Shown here piece by piece: positions 12,076-25,330 of a stretch of 64,000 bases of DNA. The DNA is from Mobula hypostoma (Eukaryota). The notes beneath the pieces are model-generated. The model saw only the letters and a list, made by a program, of their open reading frames with translations, made no database searches and was not told the origin of the DNA. A program made the translations under genes and the position numbers. Position 1 is the first letter of the stretch, and the number at the start of each line of letters is the position of its first letter. The stretch is taken from assembly GCF_963921235.1 (NCBI RefSeq), contig NC_086097.1:249862001-249926000 (forward strand). Direction: 5' to 3'.

Positions 12076-13330
12076 CGCAAAAACAAAGGAGCTGGTTGTG
12101 GACTACAGGAGGAATGGAGACAGGCTAGCCCTATTGACATCAGTGGATCTGGGGTTGAGAGGGTGAACAGCTTTAAGTTCCTCGGCATAAACATCACCAA
12201 GGATCACACGTGGTCTGTGCATACCAGCTGTGTGGTGAAAAAGGCACAACTGCACCTCTTTCACCTCAGACGGTTGATGAAGTTTGGTATGGGCCCCAAA
12301 TCCTAAGAACTTTCTACAGGGGCACAGTTGAGAACATCTTGACTGGCTGCATCACTGCCTGGCATGAGAACTGTACTCCCCTCAATCGCAGGACCCTGCA
12401 GAAAGTGGTGCGGACAGTCCAGCACATCTGTAGATGTGAACTTCCCACTATTCAGGACACTTACAAAGACAGGTGTGCAAAAAGGGCCCATAGGATCATT
12501 GGGGACCTGACACCCCAACCACAAACTGTTCCAGCTGCTACCATTCAGGTAGCATAGCATAAAAGCCAGGACCAACAGGCTTCGGGACAGCTTCTTCACA
12601 GGCCATCAACTGCTTAACTCAAGCTAATACAACTATATTTCTAGGTAATATTGACTATCTTGTTGTACATACCAGACATCCCACCTCTCCCGGAAGTTCC
12701 GGGAGTCTCCCGCATATTAATAGTGGCTCCCTGACGCCCACAAATTATATACAATATCACGGAAATCAATTTTTTTGAGAGTGAGTGAGCGAGAGAGCGA
12801 GAGAGAAAGCAAGTGAGAGTGCGAGAGAGCGTGCGAACGACCATGAGAGAGAGAGAGTGCGAGAGAGCCATGGCAGAGTGTTCCAAAAAAAAAAGAAAAT
12901 ATAAAACGTACGTCACCCCAGACTACCCTAAAGTGTACCCCTGCCTAATAGGGGTCAAAAATAATGACAGTGTTGCTCGCTGCACTGTTTGCAACAGTGA
13001 CTTTTCTATTGCCCATGGTGGGTTAAAATGTAAAAGACATGTTGAGGTGAGTTTAACAGGTGTTATTCGTTCATTAGCATAGCTAACGTTATTTAAACTA
13101 GCCGGCCAGCTGCTAAGGAGCTACTCTATTGCAGACATCCCACCTCTCCCAGAAGTCTCCCGCAAATTGATGGTGCTACCTCCCTGAAATCAGTTTTTGC
13201 AGGGTGGGATGTCTGACATACTATTTGTTATAAATCACTATACATTGCACGTTTAGACAGAGATGCAACATAAAGATTTTTACTCCTCATGTATATGAAG
13301 GATGCAAGTAATAAAGTCAATTCAATTCAA
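12076..13330 (+). mobile_element. Rex1/Babar-like LINE 3' end (interrupted by a hAT-like MITE)
   Basis: KTKELVVDYR and FYRGTVENILTGCITAW motifs; tail AATAAAGTCAATTCAATTCAA. Confidence 0.75.
12673..13215 (+). mobile_element. hAT-like non-autonomous DNA transposon with BED zinc-finger remnant
   Basis: TIR CAGACATCCCACC / GGTGGGATGTCTG; 6-bp TSD ACATAC; encodes ARCTVCNSDFSIAHGGLKCKRH. Confidence 0.8.
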
Positions 13331-13932
13331 TTTAATGCTTTACAGCACCAGCGATTCCCGCTGCTGTCTGTGAGAGTTTGTATGTTCTCCCCATGACAGC
13401 GTGGATTCCCTCTGTTCCAGTTTCCTCCCACATTCCAAAGGTATACAAGTTAGGGCTGATAAGATGTGGACATACTATGTTGGAAACGTGGTGACGCTTG
13501 CAGGCTCCCCCAGCACATTCTCATACTGGGTGGCTGTCAAACGACACATTTATAGAACTTTGAACTGCACAGCACAGGAACAGAGACCCTTCAATCCACA
13601 ACTTTCTGCCAAATCAGTTAAACTAGTAATCAAATGGCCAACTAAACTAATCCCTTCTGCCTACACAATGTCCATATCCTTCCATTTTCCTCACATTCAT
13701 TTGCCTATCTAAATGTCACCTAAAAATCCCTCATATATCTGCCTCTATCTGACACACATTTCACAGTATGCTTCGATGTACGTGCAACAAATAAAGCTAA
13801 TCTTTAAAATCTTTAGCTGACTTATTAACTCGTGGGGCATCTGTGCCTTCTTCCAGGAACTGTGCTCTGATCAAAATCTGACCAGCCTGATAGAGAGAGA
13901 GTGGGGGTGGAGGGGAGGGAGAGGGTGGGGGG

Positions 13933-13934
<2 letters not shown>

Positions 13935-13980
<46 letters not shown>
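13935..13980. repeat. (GA)n microsatellite
   Basis: Perfect GA run of about 23 units. Confidence 0.95.
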
Positions 13981-13984
<4 letters not shown>

Positions 13985-15105
13985 GAGAGGAATATAGTGG
14001 GAGAGAGAGCACAAGCCTTTAATGTGTGTTGCTCTGGATTTCCAGCATTTGTAGAATCATCCCTGGAGTTAAAGAATCTACTCTGATGTACACATGAAAG
14101 AGACTAAATTGCAGGATTACAGAGAAGCAAGAAAGAGAATATGTTGATGGGATTGTTCTTCTCGATGCCAACAGGGATCTGTGATTTTGATTTAATAAAT
14201 AAGTAGATCTGAACCTGAACCAGACTGACTGCAACCTCCAGGTTGCATTTGACCCTGAGAAGAGCTTCTAAAATATAAATGGGGCATCACCAAGGTCACT
14301 TGATTGCACAGAAGGTACTGTTTCACGTTTATCTCTTTGTAACTAACTGCCTCATATTTATCTGTGTGATAGGAGACGAGATGTAAACTAACCAGCAGGT
14401 TCTGGAAGGACACTCTGATAGTTGGAAAGAGGGAGGGAGTGGGGGAGGGTCCAGTGAGGGGACAAAGAGAGAGAAAGAGACAGAGAGAGGGAGGAGGAAG
14501 AGGGAGAGAAAGAAGAAGAGGGGAGGGGGACAGGAAGAGAGGATGAGAGGGGGAGGGTGAAAGAGAGAGACAGAGAGAAAGAAAGAGAGAGAGAAAACAT
14601 AGAACATAGACCAGGAAGGTGAGAGAGAAAGAAGCTGGGAGCCAGAGAACAAAAGAGCAGAGAAAAGGAAATTGGTGTGATAAACACCTAATGAGAGCAC
14701 AGCTGAGGCAGCTTTACAGCTCTGTGACCTGGCCACAAGAAACAGGATGAACAAGATAACGGGTGTCTGGGAACTGCCACCGTGTGAAAGGACTGTATGA
14801 TAAGGAAAGATAAACTGACATTATAATACAGTACAGAACTCTCTAACCTGATCAGGAAAGGAGATGTGTTATCCCAGTCCTTGAACCCGTAGTAATGCTG
14901 TCTCTTTTGGCTGTATTCATGAGTATTCAAATGAATGACATTTAAACATTAAGGACCTCCAGCACCCAGGCAGGGCATGCCCTTTTCTCACTGTTACCGT
15001 CAGGTAGGAGGTACAGAAGCCTGAAGGCACACACTTAGCAATTCAGGAACAGCTTCTTCCCCTCTGCCATCTGCTTCCTAAATGGACATTGAACCCTTGT
15101 ACACT

Positions 15106-15412
15106 TCATATAGGCATCCGTTAGTCTCATGAGACCATGGATTTGTGCGTCGGAAAGTTTCTAGGGCGCAGGCCTGGGCAAGGTTTATGGAAGACCGCCA
15201 GTTGCCCATGCTGCAAGTCTCCCCACTCCACACCACCGGTGTTGTCCAAGGGAAGGGCATTAGGACCTATACAGCTTGGCACCAGTGTCGTCGCAGAACA
15301 ATGTGTGGTTAAGTGCCTTGCTCAAGGACACACACGCTGCCTCAGCCAAGGCTCGAACTAGCAACTTCAAATCACTAGACAAACACCTTAACCACTTGGC
15401 TACACGCCAACA
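15106..15412 (-). mobile_element. tRNA-headed SINE with RTE-derived body and tail
   Basis: Minus strand TAGCCAAGTGG (A box) and GTTCGAGCC (B box). TSD CCTTGTACACT at 15095-15105 and 15413-15423. Homologous to 45066-45368. Confidence 0.8.
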
Positions 15413-17639
15413 CCTTGTACACTACCTCACTTTTTTAATATATATTATTTCTGGGTATTGCACGATTTTTAATCTATTCAATATACATATACTGTAATTT
15501 ATTTATTTATTTATTTATTATTATTATTTTGTTTTTTTCCTTCTATATTATGTACTGCATTGAACTGCTGCTGCTAAGTTAACAAATTTCATGTCACATG
15601 TCAGTGACAGTAAACCTGATTCTGATTCTGATTCTGGTCCATGTCATCTTTTTGCAACTAGCATTAGGATGAGGTTCACAACCCTGAAGTCCACCCCCAC
15701 CAGGTTCAAAAACACTTACCTCCTTTCTTCAACCTACTGGCAGAATCTTAATCATGATAGCTTAGCAACACTTTCACCACTGTGTCTTTAGTCCAAAGTA
15801 GACTTTTTGTTCCAATTGTGTTCTTTCTTGTAAAGATTGTGTATAATCTATCTTTAGATTATGTTTTTTTTATCAATATTGCTCTGTGCCTTTGATGCTG
15901 CAAGTAAGTTTTTTCAATGCTCCTGTGCATATGACAATAAATTTGACTTTGAAACTCAACTTTAACTTTATCCATTAGCTCTTCCCTATCCGCCATCCAG
16001 GTTCTTCCAGGTGAAGCAACAGTTCACTTGCACTTCTTCCGGTCTAGCGTACTGCATTCCAGAACAGGGCTAACAACCCTGACTGGTCAAACAAAACTGC
16101 TAAGTAAACAGCAATGAAGAATCCTTCTACATCTGAGTGTGACAGTATTCGTGAGTCTCCACTCAGGACTTGCAGTAGTGGAAACCAAAAGGAAGCTACT
16201 GGCATGATGAAGGAAGGCCTGAACACTACCAGAGATGGTGGAACTTCATTGCTGTCCTAAATGCCAGTGGCACAATGAGCAGTGAGTAAGTGTACTGCAT
16301 TTGTTTTTCACAATTAGTATTCTCAGCCCTGTAGTAATCCATGTGGATTGGATGACTATCTTGTGGGATATCTGTGTTATTCCCCAACACTCAAGCGATG
16401 CCGTCAGGAAGAAGGTACAGGAGCCTTAGGACCAACACCTTCAGGTTCAGGAACAGTTATTACCCTTGAACCATCAGGCTCTTGAACCAAAGGGGACAAC
16501 TTCGCTCAACTTCACTTGCTCCATCATTGAAACGTTCCCACAACCTATGGACTCACTTCCAAGGTCTCTTCATCCCATGTTCTTGATATTTATTGCTTTA
16601 TTATTACTTATTTGCACAGTTTGTGCGGACTGGTTGTCTGACCTGATGGTGAGGCCCTTCATTGATTCTATTATGATTATTGGATGTATTGAATATGCCA
16701 CAAGAAAATGAATCTCAGGGTTGTATATGGTGACATATATGTACTTTGATAGGAAATTTACTTTGAACTTTGTTCAGTCTGCAGGAAAAACTCTAATTTT
16801 CCTGTCCCTTATGTTTTAGAAACCCATCCTACTCCCACTCTGAAATGCTATTCTTTGGCTTTCCATACCGCACATTGAACACAACAATATAGTACAGGCC
16901 CTTTGGTCCATGATGTTGTGCCAACCTTTTAACCTACTCTGAGATGAATCTAACCCTTCCCTCCTACATAACTCTCCATTTTCCCATCATCCAAGTGCCT
17001 ACCTAAGCATCTTTTAAATGTCCCTAATGCATCTGCTTTTACCACACACCCATCACTCTCTATAAGCCCATGGAACAGTGCCTCATCTCCCATCTGGGCA
17101 TATTGCAACCACTTGGATTCAATACACCTAGGGTTCAATTGTGGATTCAGTCTCCCTAGGTACGTGAATTGGAATTCGAGGTCCCATCATTCAGAGGAGT
17201 GGGTGGGTGGGAGGAAGGGAAGATATTTTTGCTTGATGTGGTCTGTATTGTTCTTCAGGACAACTGTGGTCAAGCTATGTTGGCACTAGAAACTTTAAAT
17301 TCCTGGGTGTTATTTCAGAGGACCTGCTCTGGACCCAGCAGGTAATTGGAATTGCAAAGAAAAGTATGGCAGTGCCTCTACCTCCTTAGGAGTTTGCTGG
17401 GATTCAGCATGACATCTAAACTTTGACAAACTTCTGTAGATGTGTAATGGAGGACAGTGTGCTGACTGGCTGCATTATGTCCTGGCATGGAAACACCAAT
17501 GCCTTTGAATGGAAAATCCTGGAAAAAGTAGTGGTTTCGGCCTAGTACATCATGGGCAAAGCCTTCCCAACCACTGAGCACATCTACAAACTGTACATGA
17601 AGCACTGCCATAGGATTTATTTATTTACTTATTATCTCG

Positions 17640-20600
17640 CAGGGCTCAGTGCATTAGTGGCAGACCAATTGATTCGAAGAGAGAGAGCTTCACACAGGTT
17701 GAGGAAATAAGTTTTAAAAAAGGAGTGTTTCGTGGATTAGCAGCAGACCAATCAATTCAAAGAGAGAGAGAGAACTTCGCATAGGTCGGGGAGAAGAGTT
17801 TTAAAAAAAGGAGCATTTTGCGGGGCTTGGCACATTAGAATAGTGGGTATGACTGCAAGGCCAGTTTTCTGTTCTGGGTGTCAGATGTGGAATGTCCAAG
17901 AGACTTCCAGCCTCCCTGATGGCCACATCTGCACCAAGTGCAGTGAGCTGCAGCTCCTGAGAGACTGAGTTAGAGAACTGGAGCTGCAGCTCGGTGACCT
18001 TGGGCTTTTTAGGGAGAGTGAGAAGGTGATAGACAGGAGCTACAGGCAGGTAGTCACCCCGGGACCACAGGAGGCAGATCAGTGGGTGATTGTCAGGAGA
18101 GGGAAAGGAGGGTGTCAGGTAGTGGGGAGCACCCTTGTGGCCATCCACCTTAACAATAAGTACTCCATTTTGAGCGCTGAGAGGGACGGCCTACTTGGGG
18201 GAAGCAACAGTGGCTATGCCTCTGACCCTGTTGCTCAGAAGGGTAGGGAATGGAAGAGGAGGGCAGCAGTAACAGGGGACTCTGTAGTTAGGGGGACAGA
18301 CAGGCAATTCTGTGGACATGAAAAAGAAACAAGGATGGTAGTTTGCCTCCCAGGTGCCAGGGCTCATGATGTTTCTGAGCACGTCCACAATACCCTGAAA
18401 TGGGAAGGTAAACAGCCAGAGGTCGTGGTACATATTGGTACCAATGTCCTAGGTAGAAAAAGGGTGGAGGTCCTGAAAGCAGAATATTGGGAGTTAGGAA
18501 GGAAGCGGAGATGCAGAACCTCAAAGGTAGTAATCTCGGGATTGCAGCCTGTGCCACGTGACAGTGAGTAGAGGAATAGAATGAGGTGGAGGATAAATGT
18601 GTGGATGAAGGATTGGAGCAGGGGGCAGGGATTCAGATTTTTGGATCATTGGGACCTCTTCTGAGACAGCTTGTACGAAGTTTGTGAGGAAGGATAGGCA
18701 GATGGTAGAGCAAAGATGCACTCAGTCTGATGGTTTGAGATGTGTCTATTTTAGTGCAAGGAGTATCATAAAACAAGGTGGATGAACTTCAATCGTGGAT
18801 CAATACATGGAACTGTGACATTGTGGCCATTACAGAGTCTTGGATGTCTCAGGAACAGGAATGGCTGCTGCGTGTGCAGATCTTTCAAAAAGAACAGAGG
18901 GGGAGGCAACAGAGGTGGGGGCTTGGCATTGGCAATTAGGAATAATATCACGGCTGCAGAAAAAGAGGAGAAATGGAGGGATGGTCTACTAAATCAGTGT
19001 GGGTGGAAGTCAGAAACAGGAAAGGGGCAATAACTCTATGGGTGTTTTTTATAGACCCCCCAATAGTAACAGGGATATCGAGGAGCAGATAGGGAGGCAG
19101 ATTCTGGAACGGTGAAATAATAATAGGGTTGTTGTGATGGGAGATTTTAATATTGACTGGCATCTCTCTAGAGCGAGGGGTTTAGATGGGGTGGAGTTTG
19201 TTTGGTGTGTTCAGGAATGTTTCAAGAGGAAAGGCTGTACTTGATCTGGTATTGGGAAATGAAGATGGTCAGGTGTCAGATCTCTCAGTGGGAGAGCATT
19301 TGGAGGTAGTGACCACAACTCTATCTCCTTCACCATAGTGCTGGAGAGGAATAGAAGCAGCGACTCATGAGCAGCTTTTTCCCCTCTGCCATCCGATTCC
19401 TAAATGGACATTGAGCCCTTGGACACTACCTCACTTTTTAAATACATAGCATTTCTGTTTCTTTGCACGATTTTTAATCTATTCCATATACATGTACTGT
19501 AATTGATTATTTGTTATTGTTATTATTTTATTTTGTTTTTTTCTTGTATATTATGTATTACATTGAACTGCTGCAGCTAAGTTAACAAATTTCATGTCAC
19601 ATGCCGGTGATAATAAACCTGATTCCGATTCTGACAATTTGGGAAAGCATTTTATTGGGGTAAGGGGAAATATGATGCTATTAGGCAGGAACTTGGGAGC
19701 ATAAATTGGAAGCAGATGTTCTCAGGGAAATGCACGGCAGAAATGTGGCAAATGTTCAGGGAACATTTGCATGGAGTTCTGCATAGGTAGGTTCCATTGA
19801 GGCGGGGAAAGGATGGCAAACCATGGTGTACAAAGTATGTAGAAAGTCTAGTTAATAAGAAAGGAAAAGCTTATGAAACATTCAAGAAACGAGGTACACT
19901 TAGAGGTCTAGAAAATTACAAGGTTGCTAGGAAGAGCTTAAGAATGCAATTAGGAGAGCCAGAAGGGACCTTGGTGAGCAGGAGTAAGGAAAACCCCAAG
20001 AAATTCTACAAGTATGTGAGGAGCAAAACGATGAGCCGTGTGAGAATAGGACCAATCAGGAGTGAGCGTGAAAATGTATGCATGGAGTTGGAGGAGGTAG
20101 CAGAGGTACTTAATGAATACTTTGCCTCAGTATTCACAAGGGAAAAAGACCTTGGCAATTGTGGAGATGACTTACAGTGGACTGAAAAGCTTGAGCATAT
20201 AGACATTAAGAAAGAGGATGTACTCAAGCTTTTAAAAAGCATTAAGTTAGATAAGTCACCTGGATCGGATGAGGTATGCCTCAGGCTACTGTGGGAAGTG
20301 AGGGAGGAGATTGCTGAGCCTTTTTGATTTATCAATAGGGATGGGAGAAGTACCGGAGGACTGGAGGGTTGCAAATGTTGTACCCTTGTTCAAGAAAGGG
20401 AGTAGAGGTAAACAAGGAAATTATAGACTAGTGAGTCTGACTTCAGAGCTGGGCAAGTTGTTGGAGAAGATCCTGAGAGGCAGGATTTATGAGCATTTGG
20501 AGAGACATAATCTGATTAGGGATAGTCAGCATGGCTTTGTCAAAGGCTGGTCATGCCTTACGAGCCTGATTGAATTCTTTGAGGCTATAACAAAACACAC

Positions 20601-21800
20601 TGATGAAGGTTGAGCAGTGAATGTAGTGTATATGGATTTCAGTAAGGCATTTGGTAAGGTTCCCCATGCAAGGCTCCTTCAGAAAGTAAGGAGGCATGGG
20701 ATCCAAGGAGACCTTGCTTTGTGGATCCAGAATTGGCTTGCCAACAGAAGGCAAAGGATGGTTGTAGATGGTTTGTATTCTGTATGGAGGTCAGCGACCA
20801 GTGGGACACCTCAGGGACCCGTACTGGGACCCCTCCTCTCTGTGATTTTTATAAATGACCTGTATGAAGTAGAAGGGTGGGTTAGTAAGTTTGCTGATGA
20901 CACAAAGGTTGGGAGTGTTGTGGATAGTGTCGAGGGCTGTCAGAGGTTACACCAATAGGATGCAGAACTGGGCTGAGAAGTGGCAGGTGGACTTCAACCC
21001 AGATAAGAGTGAAGTGGTTCATTTTGGTAAGTCCAATTTGAAGACAGAATATAATATAAATGGTAAGACTCTTGGCAGTGTGGAGGATCTGAGTGATCTT
21101 GGGGTCTGTGTCAATGGGATACTCAAAGTTGCTGTGCAGGTTGACAGTGTTGTTAAGAAGGCGTATGGTGTGTTGGCCTTCATCAACCGTGGGACTGAGT
21201 TCAAGAGCCATGAGGTAATGTTACAACTATATAAGATCTTGGTCAGACCCCACTTGGAGTACTGTGTTCAGTTCTGGTCACCTCACTACAGGAAGGATGT
21301 GGATACTATAGACAGAGGGCAGGGGAGATTTACAAGGACGTCACCTGCATTGGAGGGAGTACCTTTTGAGAATAGGTTGAGTGTACTTGGCCTTTTCTCC
21401 TTGGAGTGATGGAGGATGAGAGGTGACCTGATAAAGGTGTATAAGATGATGAGAGGCATTGATCATGTGGATAGTCAGAGGCTTTTTCCCCAGGATTGAA
21501 GTGGCTAACAGAAGGAGTCATAATTTTAAGATGCTTGAAAATAGGTATCGAGGGGAGGTGAGGGGTAAAGTTTTTCACACAGAGAGTGGTGGGTGCGTGG
21601 AATGCACTGGTAGTGAAAGTGGTAGAGGTGGATACAATAGGGTCTTTTAAGAGCACTTAGGTAGGTACACGGAGCTTAGAAAAACAGAGGGCTATGCGCT
21701 AGGGAAATTCTAGGCAGTCTCTAGGGTAGGTTACGTGGTTGGTACAACATTGTGGGCCGAAGGACCTGTAAAGTGCTGTAAATTTCTATGTTCTATGTTT
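17640..21800 (+). mobile_element. Near full-length degraded CR1-clade LINE (ORF1 zinc finger + SGNH esterase; ORF2 APE + RT)
   Basis: ORF1 has CSGC...CTKC, GDSVVRG, VVCLPGA and VVVHIGTN. ORF2 has YMDFSKAF, PQGPVLGPLL, FADD and RPHLEYCVQFWSP. Multiple stops and frameshifts; a Rex1-like tail is inserted at about 19360-19633. Confidence 0.9.
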
Positions 21801-22045
21801 AATTAAATTATTATGATTATTTTCTTCTCCTTCTATATTATGTATTGCATCAAACTACTGCTGCTAAGTTAACAAATTTCATGACACATGCCAGTGATAA
21901 TAACCTGATTCTGACAAATATGTACTTTAATAATATTATTTACTTTGAACTTCACCGTTCTTCCCTTGCACTTGAAATGTTAACTGGCTTTCTCTTCCCA
22001 CAGACACTATCTGGTCTGCCGAGCATTTCCAGTATCTCCCTTTCC

Positions 22046-22082
22046 GTCCCTGAAGAAAGGCGTCGGCCTGAAACGTCGACTG
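22046..22082 (+). ncRNA. Minimal type I hammerhead ribozyme motif in a Penelope-derived repeat
   Basis: GTCC-CTGAAGA-A-AGG(CGTCGG)CCT-GAAAC-GTC-GAC: conserved core, palindromic ACGT helix III and GUC triplet; helix I is imperfect. Confidence 0.6.
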
Positions 22083-22259
22083 TTTATTCCTCTCTGTAGA
22101 TGCTGCCCGACCTGATGAGTTCCTCCAGCATTCTGTGTGCGTTGATTTGGATTTCCAGCATCTGTAGAATTTCTTCTGTTTTTTAAAAAATTTTCCAGGT
22201 GCTGCATTTCCTCAGTCTGGCTCACTATTGCTGTATTTTCTCAAACTTCTAAAGAGTGC

Positions 22260-22471
22260 CAAGTAGGACTGCGTCGCTGCGGGCTCTTTAATTGCTGACA
22301 ACAGCCCGCTTGGAAAGTGGCGCGCTTTTCTCTTGCAGTGGCTCCGCCTTCCACTCTGATTGGATGCGGCCTCAAGTTCCGGCCGGTCTCCACGTCCTAT
22401 TGGCTGCGCCGGCCGTCAGTCAGAGCTGGCGGCGCGCCGGTGTGCTGTGCTGCGGCCGCGGTCCTGGAGCC
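22260..22471 (+). promoter_or_regulatory. DSCC1 CpG-rich promoter/5'UTR with two CCAAT boxes and a GC-box-like site
   Basis: ATTGG at 22359-22363 and 22399-22403; GCTCCGCCTT at 22341-22350; Kozak-like GCCATG at the start. Confidence 0.7.
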
Positions 22472-22641
22472 ATGAGAACTCTGGAGGAAATTCGGGCCAC
22501 TTTGGAAGTGGCCAAGTTGGACCCCGCCGACCTCCAGCCGTCAGTGCAATGTATATCGTTCAGTGAAAATGTCAGCTCGGGGGATTACTGCCTCATGGAA
22601 CTGGACGAAACGCTCTGTAGATGCATTGAATCCGGGCAGAG
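22472..22641 (+). CDS. DSCC1: DSCC1 (sister chromatid cohesion protein DCC1) coding exon 1
   Basis: MRTLEEIRATLEVAKLDPADLQPSVQCISF...DYCLMELDETLCRCIESGQ+AG; donor GTAGGG at 22642. 170 nt, phase 2. Confidence 0.95.
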
Positions 22642-23399
22642 GTAGGGTTCGTGCTGTGGGATGTTGTGTGGAGTCCAGCTTCCCTGCTTTCTATTTGATC
22701 ACGAGAAATTAAAAACAACCGGGTTCGGGCAAATTAAAAAAAAACAATCGCATTTGCTAGCAAATATGGATTAAAACGCAATAATTTGAAAATAGTCATA
22801 TTCATAGTCATACTTTATTGATCCCGGGAGAAATTGGTTTTCGTTACAGTTGCACCATAAATAATAAATAGTAATAAAACCATAAATAGTTAAATAGTAA
22901 TATGTAAATTATGCCGGGAAATAAGTCCAGGACCAGCCTATTGGCTCAGGATGTCTGACCCTCCACGGGAGGAGTTGTAAAGTTTGATACTCAGCAGCTC
23001 GGACAGAGTCTGCGGAAAGAAAAAAATTGGAATTGGTTTATTATTGTCACGTGTACCGAGATACAGTGAAAAACTTGTCTTGCTTACTGTTCATACAGAT
23101 CAATTCCTTACACAGTGTATTCTGGTAGAACGAGGTAAAACAATAATATTGCAGAATAAAGTGTAACAACTACAGAGAAAATGCAGTGCAGGTTGACATT
23201 AACTAGTTTGGCAAGGGGATGGGAACCGGAGTGTTGGGGCTGAGGATGGTGCAGCTGGTACTGTATACATGTAGATGCAATGTGCAGTGAGACTGAGGAA
23301 GGACAAGCAGATGACAGGGCATAATTGTAGTCAGCTGGATGACTTGCAGGGGACAGAATCGAAAAGGGTGACAAAAGCAGGATTGAAGGTTATATTTGA

Positions 23400-25330
23400 A
23401 TTTGAATGTTCACAGTATACAGAGTAATGTAGCAAAGTTACAGATTGGCAGGTATAATGTTGTGGGTATCACTGAATTGTGGCTGAAAGAGGATTATAAC
23501 GGGAACTTCACATTCAAGGATACACATTGGCTTTTTTGAATAGTTTGTAGTTGAGCCCACTAAAGGAAAAGGTATTCTGGAATGGGTGTTGTGCAATGAA
23601 CTGGAATTGATTAGAGAGCTTAAGATAAAGAAATAATATGATAGAATACACCCTGAATTTTGTGAGGGAATAGCTAAAGTCACATGTGTCAGTATTACGG
23701 TGGAGTAAAGGCAATTACAGAGGCTTGAGAGGGGAGCTGTCCAAAGTTGATTGGAAGGGGACGATAGCAGGGATGACAGCAGAGCAACAATGGCTAGAGC
23801 TTCTGGGAGCGATTTGGAGGTTGCAGGATAGATACACCCCAAAGATGAAGAAGTATTCTAAATGCAGAATGAAACAATCGTGGCTGACAAGGAGAGTCAA
23901 AGCCAACGTAAAAGCCAAAGAGAAGGCATATAATAGAGCAAAATTTAGTGGGAAGTTAGAAGATTGGGAAGCTTTTAAAAGCCAACAGAAGGCAACTAAA
24001 AATGCATAAAGGACAGAAAAGATTAAGTATGAAGGTAAGTTAGCCAATGATATCAAAGAGAATGCAAAAAAAATTTCTCATGTATATAGAGAGTGAAAGA
24101 GAGGTCAGAGTAGGTGCTGGACCGATGGAAAATGACACTGGAAAGTAATGGGGGACAAGGAAATGTCAGACGAACCGGATAAATATTTTGCATCCTCCTT
24201 CACTGTGGAAGAGACTAACAGTATGTCAGAGGTTCAAGAGCGTCAGGGGACAGAAGTAAGTGCAATTGCTATTACTTGGGAGAAGGTGCTTGGGAAACTG
24301 AAGGGACTGAAGTTAAATCAGTTACCTGGACCAAATGGCATACACCTCAGAGTTCGGAAAGAGATGGTTGAAGAGATCGTGCAGGCATTAGTAATGATAT
24401 TTCAAGAATCATTAGATTCTGGCATGGTTCCAAGGGACTGGAAAATTGCAAGTACCATTCCATTCTTCAAGAAGGAAGGGAGGCAGAAAAAAGGAAATTA
24501 TAGGCCAATAAGTTTGATCATAGTGGTTGGGAAGATGTTGGAGTTGATTGTTAAGGATGAGGTCTCAGGGTACTTGGAGGCACATGATGAAGTAGGCCGT
24601 AGTCAGTGTGGTTTCTTGGAGGGAAAATCTTGCCTGACAAATCTTTTGGAATTCTCTGAGGATCCAATGAGCAGGATAGACAAAGGAGAATTGGTGGAAT
24701 TTGTGTACTTGGATGTACAGAAGGCCTTCGACATAGTGCTGCACATGAGGCTGCTCAACAAGACAAAAACCGATGGTATTACAGGAAAGAATCGAGCATG
24801 GATAGACCATTGCCTGTTTGCAGGAAGCAGAGGGAAGGAATGAAGGGAGCCTCCTCTAGTTGGCTGCCGGTGACTAGTGGTGTACAACAGCGTCAGTGTT
24901 GGGCCCGTTTCTTTTCCTTAAAATATCAACAGTTTGGATGATGATATTGATGGCTTTGTGGCCGTGTTTGAGGACGATATGAAGGTAGGTGGAGGGGCAG
25001 GTAGTGTTGAGGAAGCAGGGAGGCTGCAGAAGGACTTGGACAGATTAGAAGAACGGGCAAGGAAGTGGCAGGTGGAATACAGTGTCGGGAAGTGTCTGGT
25101 CATGCGCTTTGGTAGAAGGAACAAAAGCGTAGCCTATTTTCTAAATGGGCAGAATATTCAAAATTCAGAAGTACAAAGGTACTTGGGAGTCCTTGGGCAG
25201 GATTCCTTAAAGGTTAACTTGGAGGTTGAGTCTGTGGTGGGGAAGGCAAATGCGATGTTAGTATTCATTTTGAGAGGACAAAAATATAAAAGCAAGGATG
25301 TAATGTTGAGATCTTATAAAGCACTGGGGA
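23400..25330 (+). mobile_element. Degraded CR1-type LINE ORF2
   Basis: ORFs 23686-25330 contain NYRPISL, SCLTNLLEF, YLDVQKAFD and LQKDLDRL. Confidence 0.85.

Noticed and set aside
22292..22471. In-frame upstream extension of DSCC1 from a TTG start
   Set aside because: It overlaps the promoter CCAAT boxes; homology and Kozak context begin at ATG 22472.
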